DNA of 64,000 nucleotides from Octopus sinensis (GCF_006345805.1 NC_042998.1:77686001-77750000), one strand, 5' to 3'; shown: positions 36,475 through 51,634, numbered from the stretch's first letter. Notes: generated by a model from the sequence alone, not told the origin. Made by a program: numbers and translations.

Positions 36475-37771
36475 GAATATAACATACTATATTCATACTC
36501 ACTCATTACTCACATATTGTAAGCAAACCGATAATGCTCACACACAGATTCATATTTTTCTTTAGTACGCCTCTCAAATGTTTCTTCTGGCTCATACGAT
36601 ATCCTTTCAACAATATTTAAACTGTAGACGCATGACGCAGCTTATTTGTGTATGTGTGCATGCGTGCGTCTGTGTGTGTGTGTGCAGATTATCACAATAT
36701 ATAGAGTATTCAAGTTATAAACTTTCACATATATCGCTATACAAATTACAAATTTCTATATCAACACCTGCTAATGCATCGATCGTATATCCAACCGTTG
36801 ACATTTCAACTTATATTGATGCCGCGTTTAAAACAGATATATTTCAGCTACTGATACATACACCATGCGTTGATGCGTGTGGTTATATACGTAAGTCTTA
36901 AATGTATATTGTCGCAAGGTAAAATCGATTACGACTGCAGTACTTGACCCGCACGCAAAGAAAGAAAGTAAAATCAACCAGAGTTGCCTTTCAAGTAAAG
37001 ACAAGAACTAAACAAATAGCACACAATAATTTCTAATGCTCTAGCGATTCAGTTTATAGTCCTATATTGACTTCTTTGCTCACGATTTTATATGTACACA
37101 TACAGCATTCAGGTAGAGAAAACGAAAGAAAGAAAGAGTCTGATTTTGTCTACGGATCCCATCTGGAAGACAGCTGTACTGAGGCAGTAGGATACTGAAT
37201 TATCTTAGCAAAGTTTTGGCGAAGTGTATAGCGCTGTGCATTACATTTTTAAAGCTGTGTGATGCTTGTGGTTAGCACTTGAATTTTCTTATATCTTTTC
37301 AATAACACGCATAAAAGAAAAGAAAAGGCAAATGCACCTTCTCTTGCATCAGCACATGTGAACAGGTAAAATATATTCTATTGTCATACTCCAAGTACAT
37401 TTTCCCACACCACATCATATTCTCATCTCATCCATTCTATTTTATTTATGCAGCTATAGCTTGACTCTTTTTTATAAGTACCTGCCTTGAAAAGGCAAGA
37501 GTGATTCTTGAAAGATCATGTGGTAATTAAAACATTTGCCTGTTGTAAGTAAAATTCGTAATTTTTTCAACAGACATTTTTAGTTGCGTTTTAATATCAA
37601 GCAATATATTTGTTAATTGCAAGACCTTATTAGAAATTACGCAACTAGCGGTCCCGTAAAGGTTCTTATGTCTGACAATCAGAATTATTTTCTATATTCT
37701 CAAATGGAAGAATTTTTTCATTTGAAAGTTTTATGAGTTATAACATATTTGGTCCAGAATGCGTACTCGAG

Positions 37772-38994
37772 AAGATTGTCCAAAAAATCCATTCAGGATT
37801 TTAAGCAAAAATAAGATACGAGTTTTAAGCTCAAAGTTATTTATCTAATCAATGCTATATTTACCATTTCCTTCCAGTATCTTCTGTCATCTTTTGGGCA
37901 CATCCAACATTCTCTTTTCGATGAATTTCCTGTCTTTACTGGTGAAAATTTCTTACACGTGAATTTGTATATCCACTTCAGAATTGACGTTCTGTCCATT
38001 CAATGAATTTTCAAGATAACGTAACAGGTAAAAATTTGATGACAGAAGGTCGGGCGATTAAGAAGGGTGTCGGCAAAACTGCTCAGCAAAGCCCTCGTAT
38101 ATTCTGGCATGTCTGCATAGAAGTGTGAGGTCTGGTATTATCATGAAGATGCCCTTAGGGGTGCCAAATGCTGGATGCTCTCAGTGGATAGCAGCATTTA
38201 ATTTGTCCAGCTGGTCACAGTGTATATCAGAATTGATGGTGATATCTGTGGAAAGGAGCTCGTAAATGACAATACCTACCAAATCCCACCATATTGATAG
38301 CATAAACTTCTCGGGTAAGAACTGCTGTGAAGGGTACTCGTGATGATTTATCACATTTCACTCATGACCGTTTGCTTTTCATATTGCTACAGACTATCAA
38401 TTTAGTCAGCATTTTCTTCAAAAATGTATCGCTCTTTTCACGTTCCTGTAAGGATTGCAGATGGAAAACCGTTTGGTTAGGTTAGCCGCATTCAATGGTT
38501 TTGGGGCACAAACATCTAAGTTGGAACAGATGGTTTTGAAAACGGTCTTTGGATATTTGGAGAATAACCTAGGGGGGTTGGTGTCGATTAACCCGTTCAT
38601 TTTGTCGTGTTAATATTAGTTAGCTGGTCAAAGTGAGGTGCACCTTGAATCGAAAAATCCCCGATCAAAAACTTGAAAACTTCTGGCTTTACGTTCCGCA
38701 ACAGCATCCCCCCCGTTTCGGCGTTTATTTTTCAACAAGTTTGTACTGCCTTCTTGCGTTTTTGGTATGATAAGCATGACGTGTTGATAGTGTCCTTTTT
38801 GATTCTCCATTTACTGGCTGATTCCAAGCACACAGAATACAACCTGTCGTCGCATGTTCGCGTCGAACTACGTTCTACTGTCATGTGTCTAACGAGTGTG
38901 CATGCAGACGGGACAAACTGAAGTTAGCTACATATTACAATGTTTGAAGTTTAGTATCGACAAAGACATGAACATTTTGGTTACCCCCAAAATA
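37772..38994 (-). mobile_element. Near full-length decayed mariner (DD34D-type) transposon
   Basis: ATG at 38810 MENQKGHYQHVML..GDAVAERKAR; MLSIWWDLVGIVIYELL..TINSDIHCDQLDKLNAAI; HPS*SPDLLSSNFYLLRYLENSLNG; KR*QKILEGNGKYSID-stop at about 37845. Multiple stops and frameshifts. Confidence 0.88.
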
Positions 38995-39949
38995 TCAGGT
39001 ATATGTACTCTTTAATGTTAAGTTTTACAGTATGGTAAATCTGATGGGTATAGGTGAATGTTATTTCCCAGTGACCTTACCGAAATCATAAATCCATTTT
39101 CAGATACATGATTTAATAAAACGCTACAGAGTACATTTATGGAGCAATTAGAAAGATACTCTCACCTTAAAATATAAATATCATTTCAGAATTTGCTTAT
39201 ATCCATATTAGTGGAAATCTTTTTGAAGTCTAACAATGAAATATTTTTTATCCTACCCGGGATGTCAAATATTTTCAATAAACAGCGGAACGAATCAACT
39301 ATTGCATGTCGTTATGAAAACGAATTTTATTCAGCCAAATTCAGAGGAAAATACGAATATAATTGAGAAATTATGAAATGCTTGCACCGACATTACCCTA
39401 CCAGTTACTTTGAGATTAACTAGAACGAACCAAATAAATATTAATCTTCTAATTTATTGCGTTCTTCATAGTAGCTCGTAAAGTTCATTTGTAAGTAATA
39501 ACTCTTGCAAACATTTCATTGCACACACATACACACACATACGCACAGAAACATCCACACACACACATGTAATCACTCAAAATAATATTAAATCGATATA
39601 TGAATACTAATATATTACTGAACTCCTTGTCCCTTATATAATATATTTGCTGTAGTTAGATTATTGTTACCAAGTTATTTCCACATAGATAGGAAAAATA
39701 TATTGAATGTACAGGTATCAATAATAAAAACTTTTTAGGAGTCCTTTAATTTAATCTAATATTACGCTTAGACCGTCCCCTAGGTCTCAAAATATTACAG
39801 GCCATAAATACATTTCTATGTGTTTATGGGTAAATTTGGAAGTTTATTCTTGGTATCATATTGCATTAATGCTATATACTTCTGATTTGAAAAGAATGAA
39901 TATTGTATACGAAAATGTACTTACGTTTTAATATTGATTTCAAAAATTT

Positions 39950-40140
39950 AGCATAAGGCCAGCAAGTTAAGGGGCCGGCATAAGGTGATTACATCGACCC
40001 CAGTGATATACTGGAACTTATTTTATCGACTCCGAAATGGTGAAAGGTAATGTCAACCACAGCGGAATTTGAACTCAGGACATAAAGACGGACAAAATAC
40101 TGCTAAGCATTTTTGCCGGAGTTTCTGCCAGCTCACCGTC
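39950..40140 (-). mobile_element. tRNA-derived SINE (5682 family)
   Basis: Reverse complement of the family pattern (gcggaatttgaactcagg..aagacggacaaaatactgctaagcat..ctgccagctcacc). Confidence 0.75.
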
Positions 40141-40723
40141 TTAATTATAATAATAACGTGTCGTTAAGTTTATCGTTTTGAAATATGTAAGAAATTATAG
40201 CATTAATTGAAAGGTTTGAAATTCAAAAGATTTGTGCATTTAAATGTTCAATGTTCACTTCATTTAGATTTAGAACTAACAAAACAGCTACAAAATACAA
40301 CTTGTATTTATTAGCATATACATACAAAGCAATAATTGATTATATCATTATATCAGCGTCGATCTAAACTGAGTTTACGATAAAATTGAGACTGACCACA
40401 AGCTAACTGAATTAGGTTCTGAGCACATTCGCCGGACGAAGTCGTGTTTGCGGCACTTGTGCTGCAAGTGACAACTATGAAACATTGAAAGTATGGTAGT
40501 GTCGTTAGAAATTACGGAATCAGTTTATTCGACTGACAGGAAGAGTATATTGTTACTGCTTCCAATATTGAGTCTGTTATTTACATATTGAAAAATGCAG
40601 TGGTATATCATTGATACAGTATGAATTAATTCTCTCTGCGAATCATGCATTGTTGAAGGTGATACAATTAATACCTGCTTTTTATTTGTCCCCTATATCA
40701 ACATGCTTGGACGAGTCAGCGTT

Positions 40724-40827
<104 letters not shown>

Positions 40828-41167
40828 TTTATGCTATATGGGCTCAACTCACTAACCCTTTACATCTAACACCAACCCCAAGCGGATTCCCACGAAAATC
40901 CCACATTAAACTGCCCCTCTCCACCTACACACAACACACACACACTCGGGCACCCATAAGCACTTACACATTCACCCAATTCACAGATACATTCACACAC
41001 ACCATTCTCACATAAATACGAGCGCTTATGCACCTTAGTTTGTTTAGGGTGATAGTTATCGTTTGTATTACTATTATCATCTCCCTTTCATTCAGCCTCA
41101 TTTTTCCTGTCACCTCGTCATGTTGGACCGGTGAACTCTGCACATTTCCGATTTTTACGTCTTAAAC

Positions 41168-41203
41168 CTTTCTGTCGAAGAGCGTAGGCTCGAAACATAA
41201 AAG
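41168..41203 (+). ncRNA. Minimal hammerhead-like motif (CTGTNGA family, copy 3)
   Basis: cttt-ctgtcga-a-gagc gtag gctc-gaaa-cata-aaag. Confidence 0.5.
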
Positions 41204-41303
41204 ACTTTCCTATTCTTCCCGAGCGTTAAATTAATACACCTGCTTGTTGTTCCTACACCTGTCTTCGTCTTTTATTTTCTGTAAATTTCAACTATATCTA
41301 TCT

Positions 41304-42644
41304 GAGGTGGCGAACACGTACATCGCGTCCATCATCTACTACCGCCTGACCGTCGTACCTTGTCCCGACCCTACCATCACCAAACTAGAACGCATTCTCT
41401 TCCGCTTCTTGTGGAAAGGATGCGTCCCGATGGTCAGGTGATCCATTTGCTGTCAACACCCGTTAAAAGGAGGGCTGGGCATGCCGTGGTTGATGATGCG
41501 CAGACACGCGCTGAGACTGCGACATCTCCGGCTCTATGTAGACGACGCTGGACAGGTGTGGTCGCCGTTTGTGAGGCACGCGTTCCCGCAGCTCGTCTCC
41601 ATGACCGAACTGCAGTCGTGGATCAAAAAGAGGCCGAGGAAGGGCGAATGGCACCGCGAGTGTCGCGTTGCTCTCAAGCAACTCTGCCGTCCCGGGTCGA
41701 CCTTGAGTGACTTCAACACAACCAAAGCATTCTATAGGGGATTAGTGGAAGGGAGGTACGACGACGATCTCGGGGAAAACCTGGGCGTCGACGAGGAATA
41801 CCTGACCCGCCTGTTTCAAACGACTTTCGGGCCGGGACCTATGGACAACTTCCAGAGATGCCTGGCCTGGCAGTGCTACCGAGAAGCGCTACCCGTTCGG
41901 GATAAGCTCTATAGGCATGGCTCGAGAAACACGGGGCCGACCTGCACGATATGCGGGCAGGGCGACGAAACCGTTCTGCACGCAATCGTGCAGTTCCAAC
42001 AATCTCAGACCTGTGGGCTTATGTCGAACGACTGCTGTCACGTGTGGGACGTGTCGGTTTATCAGCCGAGTCTATCGTTAATATCGTCACGCCTCCTTCC
42101 TTCAAACGGGAAGGAAGAGCTATTTTTCTGGTCAATCTCTCATCAACTTCTTCAAGTATCACTTGAAGAGGAAAGTGAGAGTAGAGAGGCAAGTGTTGTC
42201 TAGTGAATGTTTTAAAAAAAGATGGGTGAATGTAGCAAGGATGGCACGTATGAATGACGAAGCCACTTTGAGTATGATCCTATGAACCGTAAAAATTAAG
42301 ACAGAGAGTTGCTTATTTGTAAAAAAAAATATATAACATGTGACTTTATTGACCGAGGTTACCGTGGTCTTTTTCGTAGGCTTTTCTTTCCACGGGTAAA
42401 CCTCACTTGTCCTCTCCTTTACACTTTATATTGACATTTCTGTGATAACGATCCCTATTGATCAATTTTTTTCCTTTCCCTGTTTTTTTTAAAATTTTAT
42501 TCCCCCTCTTTTTTTGTCCTCTTTCTTTCCTTTTACGATCCCTTTTGATCGAAAACCAAACCCCCTTTTTTACCCCCAAAAGAAAAGCTCTACCTTGTAA
42601 TTTGTCCTGTCTGTGTGCAGCCCTGTGTGGCTAATAAAGAAATA

Positions 42645-42645
<1 letters not shown>
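41304..42645 (+). mobile_element. 5'-truncated L1/Tx1-clade LINE: ORF2 C-terminus with zinc-binding motif, 3' UTR and AATAAA
   Basis: GC-rich. IYYRLTVVPCP..LERILFRFLWKG; ORF 41481-42203 LAWQCYREALPVRDKL..CTICGQGDETVLHA (Cx2C..ETxxH). AATAAA at 42633-42638, then (TATC)n. Confidence 0.85.
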
Positions 42646-43028
<383 letters not shown>

Positions 43029-45064
43029 GTCATTACACAATCTCAATAAGGAAATTTGAAAAGAAAATACGAAACCGAGAGGTAATCCGTTCCTAAAAAC
43101 TTGCCCTGGGTCGAAATCCTGTGACGTGGAATTAATTTTTTCCACTAATATGCACTAATATGAAGCACTAGTGCGTACCGACGGATATTTCTGAAAATGG
43201 TGAAATGAGATGATTGGTGTTCATATACAGCCTTTAGAAGTTTCCATACACAATTTATGTCCTACATAGACTTATTGACTTCACAATAGGTTTTAGGTTA
43301 GTTGCATAAAAAAAGGAATTCAAGGTGGCTAATTATTTTAAGCCTATAGAACATGAGAAAAATATGGCTCTACGGACTTCGTGGTAAAGGGTAAAAATGG
43401 CCTAAGCATAGCTTATTCTAGTTGATATGTGCCGAAGAAAGGTGAGGAAGAGAGAGTGAATGTTTTGAGCTTCACTGATATAGCCAGTGACATATTGAAA
43501 GCTAATCATTCGGGAAATAAACAGTTAAAAACATAATTCGCAAAATGTCATCTAGTTTTATTTTAGATTACTACATTAATTACCTTCTAGACTACAGCAA
43601 AAACCGAAACAAAATAAATTGTTACAAAAATTAAACAACTCTCTAAAGATACCCAAAGTTATAAAGTTGGTGAATCGATACCATGTGCGGCATATATCCG
43701 ATTGAAGTGGTCTCTATATGTTGCATGTCCCATACCCACATTTGTACAGGAAGATGTGTGCTCAAGATGGATGTAACCTCTGAATGGTTTCATGTGAAGA
43801 GATCTCCACAATTATTCAGTCGTGTCACATGGTAGTATTGTTGGTACGCGTCTCTATTACGGATGGCTGTTTGCATCCAAACTAAATAATATTTATCCGT
43901 CAATGCCGCTATGAGACGTGGACTGGCAGTATGATTCATCTCCTGTCCTGTTTGAGTACGCAAAGTTGATAAGTCATAAAATATACCGAAATATACATTG
44001 TCCATAACTCCTGAATGAAATTGGAGGTTAGTTATCTCGGCTGTCCATTTCTTTCAGATTATTCAATACTCAATACTTTGAGAAAGTATTCTCCCCCACA
44101 CCAAATCGCAGCCTACTGACCAATAGGTGTTGACTGTTCATAAAGTATATGTGGTTGATAATGTTTATTACACTATTGCTGTTATTTGATATTTGAATTT
44201 ATTTTTACGTATGCATTGTCCAGGCCTACCAACACATAATTTGCACGCTATATGCATATTAGTCGTGCACTGTCGATATGATACATCACAGATCCTGTTC
44301 GTCTTCTTGATGTTCATAAGCCACAAAAATGGCCAAACATCAATGTGCATCACCCCTCGATGGGATGGGAGGTATGTTATCTCGCCTTTTCATAACCTTC
44401 AGTTGTTTTAACACTTGGCGATTTGGGAAACAGTTTTCCACTGCGCCAATTCGCAGCCTACTGGTAAATACGTAGGTTATTCGCCTTAAGAATATACGTT
44501 TGCTAGTATGTATATGTATGTATATGTACACACACACACACACACACTATATGGTTTGTATATTCAAGACATTAAACACAAGAATGGAATAGAGAAATAT
44601 ACATCGTTCAAAGTTATTTCTTACCGTTATGTCTACAATGCATTCCCTTTAAATTTCTGTCATATACGTGTTTCTACTGCATAGTTATCCTAAGACGGAT
44701 CATCCATTTGTATCATGTTCGTTCAATCGTATTATAAATTATAAGTTCATCCAAGTCATACGCATCAATGCAGTTTTATACAAGGTATTACCATTATGGG
44801 GTTTTGAAGTGGACGCTCGCTTCAAGACACTGTGGTGGTAAAACCTTGAATAAAGCTTCATGGCTGCATATGCCTTGAATGGATTTATAATGGGATTGAA
44901 CCAACAGGATTCGACTGAATGATACATTTTACAATATCCATACAGTCGAAGCACGTGTCAGACAGAAATTTGTATGCATCACACTGTAATAAACAGTGCA
45001 ATGCATTGTACTGTAATAAACAAGATTACGATTCTCCATTCACACACACATATATATATATATT

Positions 45065-45096
<32 letters not shown>

Positions 45097-45166
45097 TGTA
45101 TGTATGTATGTATGTATGTGTGTGTGTATGTCTGTATGTATGTATATATATATATATATTATATAT

Positions 45167-45209
<43 letters not shown>

Positions 45210-45271
45210 GTGTGTGTGTATGTATGTATGTGTGTGTGTGTATGTATGTATGTTGTATGTATGTATATATA

Positions 45272-45326
<55 letters not shown>

Positions 45327-45824
45327 TTGTTTTCCTACGTGAGATTTGTATAGACATATACGTATATAAAACTAATTTAGGAAATCTAGACATGGCAAAA
45401 TCGCCTTAGGAACAAAACAAATCACTTATTTTAGAAACGTCGTAAATATTGAAATGAGTGTCATAAACAATAAATTAATTTACTTGTTTCAATTATGGTG
45501 AATTTGAATTGCAAATACTGGGAGAAAGTGAGAGTAAAATAATAAGTTTACCTTAGTTAACTTACAATTTTGAACTTGAAAAATATTGCACTAACTCTTT
45601 CGTTACGGAATAGATGTTAATTGTATTTGTATCGAAATGGTTTTGCCAAATATTGTCATTGGAAACAAATGGCAAAATATGCATCAAATATTGCAGTACG
45701 TACGGATCTTCTCAGTTGCTAAGAAGGTGTAATCCCATGAAATGTCCTAGGATATTTTTCCAAAACCATTCATTGCGTTTGTGTATCTTTTGTAGGTCAC
45801 AATGATTATGCTTTGTGAGCTGTT

Positions 45825-45828
<4 letters not shown>

Positions 45829-45896
<68 letters not shown>
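45829..45896. repeat. (TG)n microsatellite
   Basis: Directly visible uninterrupted run. Confidence 0.95.
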
Positions 45897-45899
<3 letters not shown>

Positions 45900-46740
45900 T
45901 TCTTTTATGTTACGGGATTATGAATTTCGAGGTTATATCTATCGCCGCATTACTTTTGTAACGTGGACTATTCTACTCCCTAAATATACATATAAATACA
46001 TACATACAAACATAGATACATATACGCATACATACATATATACATGCATATATACATACATACTACATACATACATACATACATACATACATACATACAT
46101 ACATACATACATACATACATACATAAATATACAAACACATACAGACATTTTTTATATTGTTTATTCATCTAATAAAGGCGCATGACTTAGTTATTATAGC
46201 ACCGGGTTCGCAATTATGAGGTAGTGAATTCGATTCCCAGGCTGGGCTGTGTGTTGTACTCTTGAGCATAATAAGTGATATCAAGTTGTTCCACCTCATA
46301 CAGTTGTAGAAATAAGTTATGAAATCACTTGTGCTAAGTTGTATCGGTCTTTGCCTTTGGTATGCATGGGTGACTGCTGGTTTTCTATGAACAACCTTGC
46401 ACCTGCTTGTGACTCGGAGTATAACTTTCGAGGTGCAATCCTATGAGAATGGGGTCTTTTCCCTTTACCGTTGTTATTTAACGAGTAATCCATGAATATG
46501 ACGTTTGGTTCTTTTATATTTAGATGAGAATAGTAATTGATACGTATTTATGTATGTATATAACCTACAGTTATATTGTTCCTTTAATCCATAAGCCTGT
46601 ATGTGTATATCCTACAGTGATATTATTCCTGTAATACATAGACATGTCATAATTCTGGAGTTAGATTATAATAAGGAAATACAATTTTCAGCTGAAAATG
46701 ACACTAACAATCGTTGTTCAACGTACACATAAATTATATA

Positions 46741-46811
<71 letters not shown>

Positions 46812-46881
46812 GATATTATTGTTTATAATAATATCAGTGGTTTATTATGTATAAAAAACTATCAATTAATAATAAATTTGC

Positions 46882-46926
<45 letters not shown>

Positions 46927-46968
46927 TATATACAGTATATATATGTGTATGCATTTACATAAGTTTTG

Positions 46969-47001
<33 letters not shown>

Positions 47002-47180
47002 GTGTGTGTGGGGGGTGACCGTATGTTTATGCGCATTTGCCTATTGTGTCGAGTTTTAAGTAAGATTTATCATCGATGATATTTGATAGCCTATCAGAAC
47101 AAGATCGTTGTTCTTTTAAACGCAAGAATAATGACAAAAGGAATCTCGAAGTACACGTCTGTTTTATATTTAATGTATAA

Positions 47181-48170
47181 TAGCTCTTTCTTATTTTACA
47201 TTATCCATAGATGATGAAGGCGGCGAGCTGGCAGAAACGTTAGCCTGTCGGATGAAATGCAAAGCGGTATTTCGTCTGCCGCTACGTTCTCAGTTCAAAT
47301 TCCGCCGAGGTCGACTTTGCCTTTCATCCCTTCGGGGTCGATTAAATAAGTGCCAGTTACGCACTGGGATCGATCGAATCAACTGGCCCACTCCATCAAA
47401 ATTTCGGGTTGTGTGCCTAGAGCAGAAATGAATTTTTTTAGTAGCTCTTTCTTATTTTACATCATCCATAGATGATGAAGGCGGAGTGTCGGCAGAAACA
47501 TTAGCACGCCGGGCGAAATGCTTAGCGGTATTTCGTCTGGCGCTACGTTCTGAGTTCAAATTCCGCCGAGGTCGGCTTTGCCTTTCATCCTTTCGGGGTC
47601 AATAAATCAAGTACCAGTTACGCACTGGGGTCGATGTAATCGAACTAATCCGTTTGTCTGTCCTTGTTTGTCCCCTCTGTGTTTAGCCCCTTGTGGGTAG
47701 TAAAGAAATAGGTATGATGAAGGCGGAGTGTCGGCAGAAACATTAGCACGCCGGGCGAAATGCTTAGCGGTATTTCGTCTGGCGCTACGTTCTGAGTTCA
47801 AATTCCGCCGAGGTCGGCTTTTCTTTTCATCCTTTCGGGGTCAATAAATTAAGTACCAGCTACGCACTGAGGTCGATGTAATAGACTTAATCCGTTTGTC
47901 TGTCCTTGTTTGTTTTCTCTATGTTCAACCCCTAGTGGGCAATAAAGAAATAAGAAACATTAGCACGTCGCAAGACGCCAGGCGAAATGTTTAGCATTAT
48001 TTCCTCTCTTTACAATCTGAGTTCAAATTCCACCGAGGTCGACTTTCCTTTCATCCTTTGGGGTTCGATAAATTAAGTACGGGTTGCTTACTGAGGCCGG
48101 TCTAATCGACTAGCACCCTCCCCAAAAATTTCGGGCCTTTTGCCTCGAGTAGAAAAGACTATCCATAGGT
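47181..48170 (+). mobile_element. Four head-to-tail tRNA-derived SINE copies (5682 family)
   Basis: Units start at about 47181, 47441, 47712 and 47950. The first two share the flank tagctctttcttattttacatyatccatagatgatgaaggcgg. Confidence 0.88.
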
Positions 48171-48535
48171 GGTGAAAAAAGAAAAAAAAAAAACTAGAAG
48201 GAACGAAGAAGTGTGTGGAAAAAGCACTACTATGGAAATAAATGTCTAGGTGAACCCGTGCAGAGGTCGTTTAGCATATCTACATATTGAACTGTCAACA
48301 AGAGGCAAAAATTAAGGATAAAAAGTATATATAAAGCAAAAAGCAGGAAAAATATGTGTCTGGTCTGTATCCGCTTATTTTTCGTCTGGAGCATTTAAGT
48401 GTTTTATTTGCTTTTAATCACATGGAGCAATGGAGATGCATTGTAAAAAAAATTATGTTCAGCGTGCGATAGCGTATTAACATGCGAGTGATACAGCCTA
48501 GTATACCGGTGTTATAAACGCTTTATTATATATGA

Positions 48536-48586
<51 letters not shown>

Positions 48587-48823
48587 CCTCCTCTCTTTCT
48601 CTTTGCATGTGTATGCACATACATACATTCAAGCACAACTATCCACATCCGCAGAAACATTTATCTACATAGAAGAACTCATGCACACGCACATACACAC
48701 GCTTACTCACACATGCATACATGCATATATATATATATATACACGCCTCTTTGCGCAGGTATGAATATATATATTTACACACACACACACGCAAATATAC
48801 ATATATATATATTATATATTATA

Positions 48824-48862
<39 letters not shown>

Positions 48863-49434
48863 TGTGAGTGTGTGACGTTGTATGTGCGTGTGTAATGGTT
48901 GTGTGTGTGTGTGTATTTTGCACTCCTATACAAAAACAGATAAATGGAAGGGGGAAAAGATATTTCAAGTATATGTCTGGTTGCATATACTTGCGTGAAT
49001 TTTCTAGGTATTTTATAAGTACAAATTTAACAAGTACTGCCTACCTGTATAATCATATTCTTTACTGTCTCATATATGATTTATTATATATTGCATGCGT
49101 TCTGAATTATAAATTTATATGTACGTTGTACAACGATTGGTAGTGACATTGTTCAGCTGAAGTTTATATTTTCTTATCATCATCTGATTCCCAAATTTTG
49201 AAATATTTATGGATTAAGTGAATAATATCTCAGTAGGATAAACCTAGGCTTACTTGTATGTGTATCACAGCATGTTACCTTTGTTATGCAAAGACGTAAA
49301 GTTTGTATTCTTAATTTCAATGCCATCCTGTTGTTTGATTATCGAGGATGAAACCTCGTATAACTTGAAGCAATCACGTCACAAAGAAAATCATGCACAC
49401 ACGCGTGCGCACATATAAGTTCTTTTGCTGTTCA

Positions 49435-49660
49435 TTTATTCCTTCACTTGTTTCAGTCATTTGACTGCAATCATGCTTGAGCACCGCTTTAAAGTGTTTT
49501 TTAGTCGAAGAAATCGACTCCAGGACATCTTTGTAAGCCTAATAAGAATTGTGTAGATATCTGAAGCCGAACTGGTAAGTTACGAGGGTGTAAACACACT
49601 AACATTCGTTGTCAAGCGATGGTAGGAGCAAACCAAGACATATAGACACACACACACACA
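49435..49660 (-). mobile_element. 3' part of a SINE of the 889-1288 family
   Basis: cacttgtttcagtcatttgactgcaatcatgcttgagcaccgc..gttgtcaagcgatgg. Confidence 0.75.
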
Positions 49661-49689
49661 TAAATATATAGATATATATCTATATCTAT

Positions 49690-49811
49690 CTATCTATCTA
49701 TCTATCTATTTTCATATATATATATATATATATATATGAAAATAGATAGATAGTGGCTAGCGATCTACCATGTATATATATATATATATATATGGTAGAT
49801 CGCTAGCCACT
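49690..49811. repeat. Two adjacent palindromes centred on (TA)n
   Basis: ctatctattttcatata..tatatgaaaatagatag, then tagtggctagcgatctaccat..atggtagatcgctagccacta (49751-49811). Confidence 0.85.
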
Positions 49812-49864
49812 ACACATTCTTTATCTTCTCTCTTTATTTTCTCTCTTTGTTTCTTTCTGTTTTC

Positions 49865-49900
49865 CTTTCTGTGGAAGAGCGTAGGCTCGAAACGTTAAAG
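49865..49900 (+). ncRNA. Minimal hammerhead-like motif (CTGTNGA family, copy 4)
   Basis: cttt-ctgtgga-a-gagc gtag gctc-gaaa-cgtt-aaag. Perfect 4-bp stems I and II, ACGT palindrome. Confidence 0.55.
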
Positions 49901-50009
49901 ACTTCCCGAGCGTTATAATAATACATCTGTTTGTTGTCTATCCACACAACCTGTCTTCGTCGTTTTTTTTTGTGAATTCTCCCCCTATACATACATATAT
50001 ATATATATG

Positions 50010-50043
<34 letters not shown>

Positions 50044-51634
50044 TGTATGTATGTATGTATATGTATATGTATATTTATATATATGTATACATATATAGTT
50101 TCTCAATTCCAATAGATTTCACTAGAAATTGTATAAAACTAGTTACGTAGACGTTCATTTTGGCTTAATTATACCGAAAATCAATAGAGTATGGCTGCCA
50201 TTTATGTCTTATTTAAAAACCAATTACATCTACATCTTATTATATATTGCAAATTATGTTAATGATATTAGGGTCTGTGCTGCTATTGCATTGAATCTAT
50301 TGTATATGTCAAGCAGAGAGGAATAAATCTGTTTCTTATAGGAAACTAAAATCTTATTGTGATTTACGAAGGTCTCCTTTAACTTAAACTTTAGCCAATA
50401 AAGCCAAGGCAGTGGCATTATTTAACACAAGCTATTTGTTGATTTTCTACGCAAATTGAAATTTTTCGACAAATTATTCTCAACTCTGACAGCAGACATA
50501 TTCCCCCACGATTGCTTCATGTCGTGAATCAAAGGGTAAAAATAATCATAGCTAATTTCATATGATATGAATTGAACACACTCAGTAAGGCAAGAAATAT
50601 TTGGCAGACTAATTCTCTTTGAAATTCTCTATTTCTGAAATTCCTTGTTTCTAATTCTCCGCTTCTGTAGTAGAACAATCACTTCCAGTAGTTACCTATG
50701 CTGGTGGAACACATTTTTATCGCTGAAATCATCAAGGTGTACTATTTTATATGGCAACTAATGACTACATTACGTTATGATTAGTAAGTATGTACTGATA
50801 TATTGGCCAGATACTAGGGATGATATGGTCGCAGAAGTTGACTGACATGATTAAACATTGCAAGTTGTTAAATATATTGTAATGGGTGTATTGTTGGATT
50901 TGATGCCCAGGGCCCCTAATGAAGGACAATTACAATATTTCACGGAACTTCCAAACCTGATTGAGGGATTTCAACATCCTCCTCTCTTATTGTTGCCGTA
51001 TACTCATCGTATAAATAAAACAGTGTTTCACAGTATTCGTTTTCAATTATAATGATAACATTTTCGAAATGTTTTTGCTTGAATGCAACACAAGTAGCAC
51101 GACAAACATCTTTCAGTCTATAGTTAGGGAATTTCATCGAGAGACCAAAGTATTATAAAGTATGGTCTACCTTCATATTCCTGTCTCTCTAGAAAAGAGA
51201 TGTTATGGCTACTCCACCTTAACGCAATACACTAAAACGAACGGGGCAATGATTAGATGGGAAAATTTGCTCAAGCCTGCGTAACACCTAAATAATTAAG
51301 AGCATTATTGTTGCTACTAATGATTATTATGGAACACTCTTTTGAAATGCATGTATGTCTTCTCTCAGCTAATAAAATAGATTACTACTTATATAACATT
51401 ACATGAACAAGCCATAACTGTATAAAAGCAATATTTATTAGCTAAATTCCTGCCGAACAAAATGACTGTTTATAATCCCATTAGTAAACAATTCTCGTCT
51501 TCAAAAGCAAAAAGCATCTGACACGAAATTTTGCAGCAATAATATCCCTTGACTGCTCTCTCGATGTAAAAATTGCATGTAAATTGCTTGATTACGTGCA
51601 CGGAAGCTAAAAAAGTAAAAAACTGAATGCCACT

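Noticed and set aside
43790-44005. 71-aa minus-strand ORF with GIFYDLS, reminiscent of an RT motif
   Set aside because: The similarity is limited to a few residues and no flanking RT motifs were found.
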